64,000 bases of DNA from Trueperaceae bacterium (GTDB lineage Bacteria; Deinococcota; Deinococci; Deinococcales; Trueperaceae), in assembly GCA_965215565.1 (NCBI GenBank), contig CBDCDZ010000004.1, forward strand, positions 3,712,001-3,776,000, given 5' to 3'. Position numbers and translations under genes: made by a program. The notes below the pieces were generated by a model. It did no database searches, was not told the DNA's origin, and saw only the letters and a program-made list of their open reading frames with translations. Shown here in pieces: positions 1-9,430 of this stretch. Position 1 is the first letter of the stretch; each line of letters starts with the position of its first letter.

Positions 1-788
1 CGGCTGTAGACGTCGATGGCGACGGTCGCATAGGGTCTGCCGATGGGCAGGCGGTAGATGTCGTCGACCAGCTCAACGTCGAAGGGCGTGTGGTCGATCT
101 GGACGGTCTCCAAGGGAAACGTCGCGTTCGGGAACTTGCCGACTTGCGGCTCGTAGTCGGCGGCGGCTTTTCTGCCCCGGCGACGCAGCGCTTTCGTGCG
201 GTCGCTGATCTCGGTGATGCGGTTGCGTACTGTATTGGGGTGGGGCGCTTTGAGTTTGGCGGCTTTGCACCTACTGACGACCTCGTCGCACGTGTCCTTC
301 ACCGAGAAGCGTTGGTCTGAGAGATAGACCTCCTTAATGGTCTCCTCGATGATGGTTTCGACCTCGGGTACCAGGCGGTTACCTTTAGGCCCCGACTTGG
401 CGGCGAGCAGGGCACTCGTCGTTCCTTCACTCTCGTGCGCCTTGAGCCAGCGGTAAAGGGTGGCGGGGTGCACGCCGACCTCCCGCGCCCGCGTCTCGAT
501 GTCGGCGCGGCTCCGCCCTTTCAGGTCGAGAAGCGGTTTGATCGCCGCGAGGCGTTTGGACGCCCGCTCCCAAGCGTCGTCGCTCGCGGTGACGGTCGCG
601 GTGTGGACGAATGGGTCGGCTTCGCCTACGCCTGCGGGTTTCAAACCGTGCAAGGGAAGACGTGTGACCTTGTCCGAGCCTGCGGGGTTTGCCAGTACGG
701 TGTCCATGTCGACCACGTGGGTGACGATATAGGGTCGCCCGTCGTAGCTGACCTCGGTTTTCTCCTCTATGCTGAAGCGTACGTTCAC
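1..788 (-). CDS. tnsB: TnsB/TniA-family DDE transposase, 5' part only (runs off window; not in ORF track)
   Basis: Manual translation from GTG at 788 (GGAGAG RBS): HTH segment ARevGVHPATLYRWL, PHPNTVRNRI, and start of the catalytic core VQIDHTPFDVELVDDIYRLPIGRPYATVAIDVYS. Confidence 0.9.
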   Translation of the reverse strand, partial: MNVRFSIEEKTEVSYDGRPYIVTHVVDMDTVLANPAGSDKVTRLPLHGLKPAGVGEADPFVHTATVTASDDAWERASKRLAAIKPLLDLKGRSRADIETRAREVGVHPATLYRWLKAHESEGTTSALLAAKSGPKGNRLVPEVETIIEETIKEVYLSDQRFSVKDTCDEVVSRCKAAKLKAPHPNTVRNRITEISDRTKALRRRGRKAAADYEPQVGKFPNATFPLETVQIDHTPFDVELVDDIYRLPIGRPYATVAIDVYS

Positions 789-796
789 GTTCTCTC

Positions 797-1448
797 CTAC
801 CGGAGCGACCAGAGAGGGCTGTCTACCGCCAGCTTCTCGGTGAGGTCTACGCCGACTTGTCGCAAAGCGATGAGCTGATAGAGGACAGGCAGGTATTTGG
901 CGCGTTCCAATTCCGTTTTAGCGAGCGCGGCGAGGAGGTCCGCGGGTGTCGCCTCTCCCAACTTGTCCAAGATGCTGAGAATCATCCGAATACGCCCGTC
1001 GTTAGAGGGTGTCTTCATGTAGCGACGTAGGAACTTGGCGTTATCCAGGTAAGGCGTGCGAATCTCTTCTTCGGTGACGATCTCGAAGTCCATGTTCCGC
1101 GCTTCGGCGTAGACAGTAGCTTCCGCGAATTTAGGGGCGTACGCTTCGGCGTGCAGCTCGAGGAACTTGCGTGGCTTGACCTCGACTAAGCTGGGGCGCA
1201 TCTCCCTGGCAGGCATGATGTCGCGCCGATAGTGGACGAGGAAGTCGGGCGTATACTCGTGCTCGTCGCCTTCGGCGTCCTTGTAGGGGATAGTGACGGG
1301 CTGCTCCTCGAAGGTCTCGAAGGTCGAAGCGGAGCAAGATCATGTAGTCGCGCTCTAAACCCGACTCGTAACCGCGCATCCCGCCGTCACCTGTCGGGAC
1401 GCGACCCGAGGGTCTGTTGGATTTACCGACGACATCTCGTTGGGGCAT
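797..1448 (-). pseudogene. tnsA: TnsA endonuclease, split by a frameshift near 1310-1329
   Basis: One frame gives YESGLERDYMILLRFD; another continues FEEQPVTIPY...YTPDFLV...LVEVK...IVTEEEIR...NAKFLRRY, the TnsA PD-(D/E)xK nuclease plus C-terminal domain. Confidence 0.85.
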
Positions 1449-1473
1449 GAAGATAAAACCTTCCTATCTGAAA

Positions 1474-1598
1474 ACAGTCGCACGAATTATTGTGGGTTTG
1501 CAAGACAGTCGCATAGATTATTGTATACAGTCGCACGGATTATTGGTTGAAACAGGATGAAAAGGGGGTCTGAGTCGCATAGACTATTGTATCTGACA
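1474..1598 (-). repeat. Transposon end: four TnsB-binding-type direct repeats plus 8-bp terminus
   Basis: ACAGTCGCACGAATTATTGT (1474-1493), ACAGTCGCATAGATTATTGT (1505-1524), ACAGTCGCACGGATTATTGG (1527-1546), TGAGTCGCATAGACTATTGT (1571-1590), then ATCTGACA. Confidence 0.9.
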
Positions 1599-3161
1599 GC
1601 GCCCCGGCAGCCGCACGAGCACGCTATCGCCCTGCCCGACGTCGAGAAAGATCAGCTCAGACGCGCCTCTGTCCGCCGTAACCGCTGAGCTAAGCACCGC
1701 GACGGTGACGACGAGCAGACCGCGCCAAGGGCGCATATATCCCCTGACCGCAAGTACAAAGGCTAGCGCACCAACCGCATAAAAAGCGTAACCAAGTGTT
1801 GAAATCTCGCCCCAGGTGAGCACGGGAAGCCCTGCTGCCGCGTCCGCCAAGCGCAAGAGGTTCGTCGCCAAAAGGCCCGTGATGAGGTTGAGCGCGCCCG
1901 CCAGCGGGAGCGAAACCAGCCCGAGCAGCCCCGATAAGAAACCGAGCGGCACGAGCAGCGTCGCCAAAGGAATCGCGACGACATTGACGAGCGGGCTGAA
2001 GAGCGGCACGCTGCCAAAGGTGCTCGCTACGAGAGGTAACGAGAGCGCTTGCGCGGCGATACTGACAACGACGCTACCCAAGAGGAGCGTTTTAGGATGC
2101 CACCAGGAGGGGTGCGCGCCGAGGAGACGTTTGGTCAGCGGCTCGGTGAGGAGCAGGATGCCGGTGACGGCGAGGTACGAGAGCTGAAACGAGAGGTCGA
2201 AGAGCCAAGCGGGGTGCCACAACAGGGTGACGAGCGCTGCGAGCGACAGCGCCGACCACGGTTCAATACGTCCGCTCCCGAGCCAAAGTGACGCAAGCAC
2301 CGCGCCGACCATCAAGCTCGCCCGCAAGACGCTCGGGCTCGCGCCGACGAGCAAGACGAAACCGACGAGCAGGAGCATCATGACCGGGTAGCGGCGCTGT
2401 CCTAGCGGGCGAAGAGACCAGCCGACTGCGCCGACCAAAATGCCCACGTGCAGACCCGAAAGCGCCAATATGTGCGCCAGCCCGGAGACGGCGAAGACCT
2501 CACGCAACTCGCCCAGCCCGTCACGAATGCCGAGCGTCATCGCCTGCATCAGCGCGGCGCTCCGTTCGTCCAAGTTCGCGACGACGCCCCGGCGCAGCCG
2601 TTCTTTGAGAGAGGTCGTCGGAGCGGATTCGGTGACCTCTTCGACGAAAAGCTGGGCTTTGACGCCTCGCCTCATCAGGTAAGAACGGTAGTCGAAACCG
2701 CCGGGATTGCGCTTGCCCGAAGCTTCTTGCAAGGTGCCGCGCACCGTCACCTGCCCCGCGCCGACCTCATTAGAAGGGGAGAGGACGACGCGCTCCCCCT
2801 GGACCTCTTCGGGCTGCTCGAGCCGCAAATACCGCCCGTCGCTCACGCCCGAGAAGGTCATCTCTTCACCCAGTAAAGGCGCTAAAGGATTCGGCTGCGC
2901 CTCCCATACAGTGTAGCGGACGCTGCCGAGGGGCGCGAGAAGCATCAGCACGGCGAGCAGCACATGACCTCTCGAGAGACCGAACGCGGCTGCAAGCCCC
3001 GAGCCGATGAGCGTGAGCCAAAGCGGTACGCCCAAGCCCGCTAGCGCGACGCCTCCGCCCAGAAGGAGTGCCGCCGGGATGGACCAGGGCGCGAAAGGTT
3101 GAACCTCTTCCGCCGATTCGTCGTCTACACGCTCATCTCGCGCCGAGTACGCCGCGCTCAC
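1584..3161 (-). pseudogene. comEC: ComEC/Rec2 DNA-uptake channel, truncated by the transposon at the start of its metallo-beta-lactamase domain
   Basis: RNPGGFDY, GLAHILALSGLHVG, SVLRASLM, SFQLSY motifs; ends FLDVGQGDSVLVRLPGR then CQIQ* read from the transposon end; likely GTG start at 3161 overlaps the comEA stop. Confidence 0.9.
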
Positions 3162-3658
3162 AATTTGACCCAAGGACGAAGTTTTTCCAGCGTCGCCGCG
3201 CCGATGCCCGAAACGTCCAAGAGGTCTTCGACGCTCGAGAAAGGTCGCGCCGCTATAATGCGCTTCGCCAAGGCGGGACCGATGCCCGGTAAGCGGTCTA
3301 ACTCGCGTTCGCTCGCCGAGTTGAGGCTAACGCGCATCTCACCCGTTTCAGTTCGTTTGCTCGGAACAAAAACTGCGCTCCCCGCCGTGAGCGGCGCGGC
3401 AGGATTGATGAGGGTTTCTTCGGCGTCCTCTGAGAGACCGCCCGCCGCTGCGATAAGGTCTTGGAGCCTCGAGCCCCACGCGAGCGTATACACCCCAGGC
3501 GAACGCACCGCGCCCGCTATCGACACCGTGATGTCGGGCTGCACCCGCTCAATCTGAACGCGCTGCACGGTGAGCCGAGGCGCGAGGTTGAGCCCGACGA
3601 GCAGCGCACAGAGCGCCACGAGGCTCCAGGTAACGAGGGTTTCTTGACGCGGCGTCAC
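3158..3658 (-). CDS. comEA: ComEA DNA-binding protein (TM, SLBB, HhH)
   Basis: VSIAGAVRSPGVY SLBB domain; LNSASERELDRLPGIGPALAKRII HhH; directly upstream of comEC. Confidence 0.92.
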   Translation of the reverse strand: MTPRQETLVTWSLVALCALLVGLNLAPRLTVQRVQIERVQPDITVSIAGAVRSPGVYTLAWGSRLQDLIAAAGGLSEDAEETLINPAAPLTAGSAVFVPSKRTETGEMRVSLNSASERELDRLPGIGPALAKRIIAARPFSSVEDLLDVSGIGAATLEKLRPWVKL

Positions 3659-3782
3659 CAGAGAAGTTTACGCGGCTAGGAGAGGCCTAGCCGCGAAATA
3701 TTTGGGTTGAAATCCGGTGAGAGACTCGAGTGAAGTTGCTGACACGCTGCCCAACTTCAAGTTTTACGCAAATCTCTTCAGG

Positions 3783-3896
3783 GTAGTTACTCCATTTGAA
3801 ATGACGCGGACGCTAAAGCAAGGGGCTAAAACCCCTTGTTTGTCGTGTGGAGACAGCAGAAGGAGCATATGGTAGCGTTCGATCTAGGACCACCAC
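3783..3896 (+). repeat. Dispersed repeat family B copy
   Basis: GTAGTTACTCCATTTGAAATGAC...AAGGGGCTAAAACCCCTTG...GGACCACCAC; matches copies at 30749, 31848, 33005 and 63060. Confidence 0.75.
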
Positions 3897-3985
3897 CTTT
3901 TTTGGAAGTAAAACTGAAGGATGAAGACTCGAGAGCTGTTCTCTTCAGCAGAGTAGCTAAGGCGTATCTCGCGCTGCAAGCAATG

Positions 3986-4013
3986 AAAAAGGCTCGAGTT
4001 CTCGAGCCTTTTT
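3986..4013. terminator. Intrinsic, probably bidirectional, terminator downstream of sodA
   Basis: AAAAAGGCTCGAG-TT-CTCGAGCCTTTTT perfect hairpin with A/T tails. Confidence 0.8.
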
Positions 4014-4029
4014 CCAGAGTATTTAAGAC

Positions 4030-4626
4030 TTACTTAGCCGCTTCGTAATACTCCGCGACCTTATCCCAGTTCACCACGTTCCAGAAATTGCTCACGTACT
4101 CCGGGCGTTTGTTCTGGTACTTGAGGTAGTAGGCGTGCTCCCACACGTCTAAGCCTAAAATGGGCGTTTTGCCTTCCATGAGCGGGCTATCTTGGTTGGG
4201 GGTGCTCATGACTTCGAGCTTGCCCGCGTTCACCACGAGCCACGCCCAGCCTGAGCCGAAGCGCCCTGTCGCGGCGCTCTCGAACTGCTCTTTGAACGAA
4301 TCGAACGAGCCGAAGTCGCGCTCGATGGCTTCGCTGAGGTCACCGCTGGGGCTGCCGCCGCCGTTGGGTCCCATGATTTCCCAGAAGAGGTTGTGGTTGG
4401 CGTAGCCGCCGCCGTTGTTGCGCACCGCTGTGGAGAGTTTATCCACGCCTTGGGCTAGAATCTCCTCGATGCTCATACTTTCCATCTCGGTGCCTTCGGT
4501 GGCGTTGTTGAGCTTCGTCGTGTAGCCCTGGTGGTGCTTGTCGTGGTGGATTTCCATCGTAGTGGCGTCGATGGTGGGCTCTAGGGCGTCTTTTGCGTAG
4601 GGTAAGTCGGGTAGATTAAAAGCCAT
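4030..4626 (-). CDS. sodA: Fe/Mn superoxide dismutase, probably Mn type
   Basis: [35 protein letters not shown]; start MAFNLP at 4626 with GAGGAG RBS. Confidence 0.95.
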   Translation of the reverse strand: MAFNLPDLPYAKDALEPTIDATTMEIHHDKHHQGYTTKLNNATEGTEMESMSIEEILAQGVDKLSTAVRNNGGGYANHNLFWEIMGPNGGGSPSGDLSEAIERDFGSFDSFKEQFESAATGRFGSGWAWLVVNAGKLEVMSTPNQDSPLMEGKTPILGLDVWEHAYYLKYQNKRPEYVSNFWNVVNWDKVAEYYEAAK

Positions 4627-4981
4627 GTGTGACTCCTCTCGAGAGTTAATACCTTCACTTCGTGTACTCCCAGAGTGTAGCAAAGGTGTCCCGCATAACC
4701 TTCTCTGAGCTTACACTTGAGGTCAAGGTCACGGTGCTTGCGACGCTTCGCCGCGCCGCAACCAAGTCAACTTTAACCTCTCATCTACGCATCCTCTTCA
4801 GCCCAACGCCTTACACCGCATAAGACTTTAGGCTTAGCAGTACGTGTGGCACGTTTACATCAGTTGAATTATTACTTCGGCTGTAGTTTATAAGTTGCTG
4901 AGTGCTCGAGAAGCGCTTGGCCCAATCGTTATAGAAAATCCATAAGACCTCTTGCGCTACGCTTGTACGCGGAGGTTCACC

Positions 4982-5230
4982 ATGCATCATGTTCAGTTCA
5001 CCATCCTACCTACCCCTGCACCCATTCTCGCCGGGCAAGACGCCCTGTCAGAAAGGCAGCTCGAGCTGAGCGGCTGGCACATCTTAGGCAAGATGGAAGG
5101 CGAGTTTTACGGCTCGTTCGAGCGGAAGCGCGAGCGCCTTCAGCAGACACTGAGTCACGCGGAAAGAATCAAACCGCTGCCCGTTGTTAAGCTAACGCAC
5201 CAGGACGTTGCTCATCAGCGAGCGGCGTAG
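4982..5230 (+). CDS. Small hypothetical protein
   Basis: ATG at 4982 after GGAGG; 82 codons; no recognised motif. Confidence 0.55.
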   Translation: MHHVQFTILPTPAPILAGQDALSERQLELSGWHILGKMEGEFYGSFERKRERLQQTLSHAERIKPLPVVKLTHQDVAHQRAA

Positions 5231-5253
5231 AGTGTTTCCTTCGGCAGTTGCGT

Positions 5254-6087
5254 TCAGTCCCTATCGTCTATCTTAAACGCAGCTTCCAGACGTTCATCCA
5301 AACGCTGCAAAAGCTCATCGGATAAAGGAAAGCCGTGAGACGTTTCGAGCGTACGCATGAGTTCTGTGCCCCACATCCAAGCAGCTTTGTAAGCTCGTTC
5401 TAGCGAGGAGAGGTCGCTCGTACACGCCGCGAAACGCGCGTACGCTTCACTCGAGAGGTCAGCCTCGAGCCGCTTCGAGGGCGTAAGCCAGTGCTCCTTC
5501 GTTTTATCTTCAACTGCTCTAGCCAAGTAGAGAAGTGAGCGGTGTACGTGACTGAGCACCTCTAGTGCTCGCGTCCGTTCGCCCCGCGCCAGCACGTTGA
5601 ACCCTAAAAGCCACCAGTTGATGAACGTGTAGCAACGTGTTCCTAACTGCTCAGAAGAGGTACGCTCGAGTTCGGCGTTTTTCAGAGTCTCGAGATGTTC
5701 TCTAAGTGCTCCCGTCCGGTCTAAGATGAGCATCGTGTCTATATCCAGCGCTTCACCCCCGAGCGGCCACGCCCGCACCTCTTTCATGTTGGCGGCAGGC
5801 TCGAAATGAAATTCGCCCCGCACCAGATTGTCGAAAATTGCAACTTTCGTACCAAACTCGTTCGTGAAAAAGACCGTTAGTGGTGCGACTTGCGAGGTCC
5901 ACGCCGCTTGGTCCAGCGCGTCCAGTTCACCGTCTCGAAAGAAGAGGTGAAACTCGATGTCGGATAAGGCGTCCCCTTCGCCCTGCGTGAACGAGCCGTA
6001 CATCAGCGCGGCGACTAGGCGTTCGTCCTTTTGGCAAAGTTGCTTCACCTTGCGAATCATCGTGTGTTGTGGCAGTTGTGGCATCAA
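5254..6087 (-). CDS. Lincosamide nucleotidyltransferase-like protein (LinB/LnuF family, Pol-beta fold)
   Basis: ALMYGSFTQGEGDALSDIEF (GS...DxE), NEFGT, FDNLVRGEFHF, HWLTPSKRLE. Confidence 0.75.
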   Translation of the reverse strand: MMPQLPQHTMIRKVKQLCQKDERLVAALMYGSFTQGEGDALSDIEFHLFFRDGELDALDQAAWTSQVAPLTVFFTNEFGTKVAIFDNLVRGEFHFEPAANMKEVRAWPLGGEALDIDTMLILDRTGALREHLETLKNAELERTSSEQLGTRCYTFINWWLLGFNVLARGERTRALEVLSHVHRSLLYLARAVEDKTKEHWLTPSKRLEADLSSEAYARFAACTSDLSSLERAYKAAWMWGTELMRTLETSHGFPLSDELLQRLDERLEAAFKIDDRD

Positions 6088-6231
6088 AGCGCTCCTAATA
6101 CTCGAGATAATTCCTAAGACCTCTTGAGTTCGTATGTTCTGGAACGCTTTAGTACTTACTGAGCACGTGTTGCTCCTGTTGATGACAAAGTTGGATCAAC
6201 CAGCAGAGATCAAAAGCTAAGACAGCTAAGT

Positions 6232-6663
6232 CTATTCGTAGGAGATGACCTCGAGCGTAGCGGTGCATTTGCCCCACTCGAGCGCCTGTTCTGTTGAGGG
6301 CAACCATATATCGACTTGGTTGGTCTTTTCGGCGCTCATGGTGTCTTGCACTTCTAGAACGCCTGTGTCAAAGCCGCCGCAGCCGTTCTCCTCAGTTTGT
6401 AGATTGATAACTCTGACCTTCGTACCGTAAGGGAGTTGGGTCTCTAAGAGGTCGCGGCTCACCGCGACGATGCCCTCACGCACCTCTGCGCCCGTCGCTG
6501 TGATCCTCGGCGTGCCGTCGGTCTGGGCTTCGGTGGAGGAGTAGGCGGTTATGGTGACCTGCAAAGTGTGTTGCGCAGGGGTGAACGCGATAAGAAGACA
6601 CGAGAAAAGGATAAGGGTAGAAGCAGAGATTTGTAGAGACGTAAAACGTAGCGCAAAACGCAA
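6232..6663 (-). CDS. Secreted 3D-domain protein
   Basis: VTITAYSS...TATG...VAVSRD...LPYGT...VQDT...VDIW; hydrophobic N-terminus. Confidence 0.8.
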   Translation of the reverse strand: MRFALRFTSLQISASTLILFSCLLIAFTPAQHTLQVTITAYSSTEAQTDGTPRITATGAEVREGIVAVSRDLLETQLPYGTKVRVINLQTEENGCGGFDTGVLEVQDTMSAEKTNQVDIWLPSTEQALEWGKCTATLEVISYE

Positions 6664-6951
6664 GAGAAACCTCCAAACGTCACCGCCGCAGCGCGGCGCT
6701 ATGACCTGTTCACAACTCGGACTTGCAAACCAACTACCCTCACTTGTGTATATAACACATAATGAGTAAAGATAGTAGCATAGTGTGAAATTTAGCGCAT
6801 CTCACGACGATTCTAAAGTTAGGCGCTGTGAAATACGCTATAGTTGTGCCTGCAGCGTAGCCAATAGTACAACTATACCTATCTTCTCACACGCGCCGCG
6901 CTTAGTATGAAAGGACCACCGGGAGCGTAGTCGGGTGTTTCAGGGGAGGCG

Positions 6952-6984
6952 AAGGGCTCGCTTAGAGAGCGAGCCCTTTCTTTT
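6952..6984 (+). terminator. Intrinsic terminator-like hairpin
   Basis: AAGGGCTCGC-TTAGAGA-GCGAGCCCTT-TCTTTT. Confidence 0.7.
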
Positions 6985-6998
6985 GCCCATTTTTAATA

Positions 6999-7349
6999 TT
7001 AGCCGCCCATCTTGACGAGCGGTCTGTATTCGGGGTGACGCTGGATGTACGCCTTGACGAAGGGGCACAGAGGCGCAGTGGTCATGCTGTTGTCGCGGAC
7101 GTACTCGAGCCCCGTCTTCGCCAACGCGCCGCCGATACCCCTTCCTTCTAAGCTTTCGGGCACTTCGGTATGCGTAAAGATATAGGTGTTGCCGACTTTC
7201 ATGTATTCCAGCACGGCGGTCTGTCCCTCGATTTGCGCCTCGAAGCGGTTGTTGTCTTCGTCGTGTGTGACCTCGACCTCTTGCGAGGTCTTATCCACGT
7301 GGTCGGCGAGTTTCTCGCTCTGCTCAGCTTGTTTAGGGTTGTCGCTCAC
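6999..7349 (-). CDS. Small GNAT acetyltransferase (YjdJ-like)
   Basis: FTHTEVPESLEGRGIG...PLCPFV signature. Confidence 0.88.
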   Translation of the reverse strand: MSDNPKQAEQSEKLADHVDKTSQEVEVTHDEDNNRFEAQIEGQTAVLEYMKVGNTYIFTHTEVPESLEGRGIGGALAKTGLEYVRDNSMTTAPLCPFVKAYIQRHPEYRPLVKMGG

Positions 7350-9249
7350 GGTTCACCTCCGTAGAGGCTATCTTACTCGTTTCTAGTCCGCTCGTTTCCG
7401 GCGAGGTGTCTTCCAACACGTAGAGCCCGCCGTTGCGGTCCGAGGCGTAGATAAAAGGAGAGCCGGGCAGTTTATGAATACCCCACACATCCTGCACGCC
7501 GCCGTTCTTCGCTTCGAACGTTTCGTCCGCACCTTTGAAGCGCGCGACTTCAACCGGGTTGTAGGGATCGCTGATGTCGATGACGAGCACGCCCTCGGCG
7601 TACCAGGAGACGTAAGCCTTATTCCCTTCGATGATGAGGTTGTGGCTCGAGTAAATTCCTTCTGAGTTGCAAGTTTCTCCGTCCGGGTAGGCGCTGCAGC
7701 GGGTGTTGAAGGTAGACGCCAACACGGGGTTCGCCGGGTCGCTGTAGTCCCAGATGCGCAAGCCGCTCCAGCCGCTCGCGCTCGTGCCTACCGTGACCTC
7801 TTGACCTGTCATGCCGACTTCTAACTCACTTACGTCATTTACCTGGGCTAGCTCGAGCCCCACGCTGTGACCCACGAACGCGCCGGAGATGTCCGTGGGC
7901 GCGTCGCCGCCCATCTGCACCAACGCTTCGCCGTCCGCTTTGGTATTAAAGACGATGACGCCCGCATAGCCCGCTTGCTTCGCCATCGTCGTCTTAAAGG
8001 TAAAGGTGCAGCCGCCGCGCAAGATGAGGGCGAGCTGAGCGTCGGAGCTAGCCTCGGGCATCCCCTCACAGCCCCTTCCTACATAGACCGTCGGACCTGA
8101 GAGCGTTTCACCGGGCAGTGACGCGATAGGCGTAAGGATGGGACCTTCGACGCTCATGAAGGTGCTGCTCTCAGTTTGAACGGTGGTGCTGTAAGGATCA
8201 AAGTCCTCTTCGCCCTCCACGACGGTGGTACCGTCCGCCGTCGTCCAGACCGAGTGGCTGTTGACTTCGCCGTCTTCGCTTAGGGGCTCGAGCGCCACGC
8301 TCACGACTCGGGGGTTCGCGATGTCCGAGAGGTCGAGCCGGATGAGGCCCGCGTCCCAGTGGGCGAGGTACGCCGTCATACCGTCACCGGTGATGTAGTG
8401 ATCGTGCAAGTAGCGGTTGGCGGACTGACCGAAGCCATCACTGAGATAAGCTCGAGCCTCGTCGAAGAGGTCTTCATCCGTTTCGCTGACCCAATCGACG
8501 CCGGGGAACTCGAGCACTTCCGGTCCGAACGAACTCACGAGCCGCGCGTTCTCAGGCTCGGTGATGTCGAAAATCTGGAAGTTACCCAAAAAGGTGTAGA
8601 CCTGCGCGGCGACGTAGTCGCGCCCGTCACGGGAGAAGAGGTAGAGGTTGTGCACGCCCTCGTCCTGATGATCGGGGTCTTCTCGTAAGGTCTTGTTGAC
8701 GACGTCGGTCCGCACGTGCGCGAGGTGAACGGGGTTTAGGGGATCGTCTACGTCGTAAATCTCGAAGCCGCCCGCGCCGTCACGCGCACAGCGCTCGTTC
8801 GAGTGAACGAGGATGTCGCCGCCGTTCATCGCCGCGACTTTCACGTCGTTGACGCGGCTGCCTTTGACCGACGGCAGCGAGCCGACGCGCCCGATTGTTT
8901 GCGGGTCACGCACGTCGAAAACCTGCACGCCCGCCTCGCCGACTTCACCGTCGCCGCACGGGTCCATAAAGGTGCCGATATAGGCGTAATCGCCGTGCAC
9001 CCAAACGTCGGTCGTGGCGTTCGCCCGCACACGCTCGCCGCGCCCGGCGAGCTTCAGTTGGCTCCTCCACGCGCCCTGCGGACCGTCACTCACTACGTCG
9101 AAGCGGATGTCGCTCGTCGGCACGAGCGGCGCACCCAAGTTGACCGCGATACCGCCGTCCTCAAACGTGATTTCGTCGTGCGCCGAGGCGAGGCTCAAAA
9201 GGAGCAAAACCGCGCCTATCCATCCGTATTTCGCGCTAAAATAGTTCAT
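7333..9249 (-). CDS. Secreted LVIVD-repeat beta-propeller protein with an inserted PA domain
   Basis: Signal peptide; repeats such as GVQVFDVRDP, GFEIYDVDDP, GVLVIDISDP; PA motif ALILRGGCTFTFK...AGYAGVIVFN. Confidence 0.75.
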   Translation of the reverse strand: MNYFSAKYGWIGAVLLLLSLASAHDEITFEDGGIAVNLGAPLVPTSDIRFDVVSDGPQGAWRSQLKLAGRGERVRANATTDVWVHGDYAYIGTFMDPCGDGEVGEAGVQVFDVRDPQTIGRVGSLPSVKGSRVNDVKVAAMNGGDILVHSNERCARDGAGGFEIYDVDDPLNPVHLAHVRTDVVNKTLREDPDHQDEGVHNLYLFSRDGRDYVAAQVYTFLGNFQIFDITEPENARLVSSFGPEVLEFPGVDWVSETDEDLFDEARAYLSDGFGQSANRYLHDHYITGDGMTAYLAHWDAGLIRLDLSDIANPRVVSVALEPLSEDGEVNSHSVWTTADGTTVVEGEEDFDPYSTTVQTESSTFMSVEGPILTPIASLPGETLSGPTVYVGRGCEGMPEASSDAQLALILRGGCTFTFKTTMAKQAGYAGVIVFNTKADGEALVQMGGDAPTDISGAFVGHSVGLELAQVNDVSELEVGMTGQEVTVGTSASGWSGLRIWDYSDPANPVLASTFNTRCSAYPDGETCNSEGIYSSHNLIIEGNKAYVSWYAEGVLVIDISDPYNPVEVARFKGADETFEAKNGGVQDVWGIHKLPGSPFIYASDRNGGLYVLEDTSPETSGLETSKIASTEVNRERQP

Positions 9250-9430
9250 AAGATACTGTTTAGTGTACTCGAGGTAGTGTGCTCAGCGCGCGCGTTTGGG
9301 TCACAGAGGAGAAGCGAGTCAGCATAGGCGAAGGCTAAGAGCCTTTGAGCTTTGCTCTAACCTGTGTCAGCACTTCAAGTTTTTAGGTTTTCCTGGCTTG
9401 CTGAAACGCTGACAGGCTGACACGCTTTCC

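Larger units (their letters stand above)
1..1598 (-). mobile_element. Tn7-like transposon, tnsA-proximal end; continues beyond the left window edge
   Basis: tnsA-tnsB gene pair, four ~20-bp repeats at 1474-1590, terminal 5'-TGTCAGAT on the minus strand ending at 1598, and an abrupt junction with interrupted comEC. Confidence 0.92.

Noticed and set aside
73..878. ORF-track ORFs at 73-270, 90-320, 435-878 and 460-732
   Set aside because: Shadow frames of tnsB, which is missing from the track because it runs off the window.
1474..1590. Four ~20-bp repeats as a mini CRISPR array
   Set aside because: Spacing is irregular (11, 2 and 24 bp) and the repeats lead into a TGT terminus upstream of tnsA, which fits transposase binding sites.
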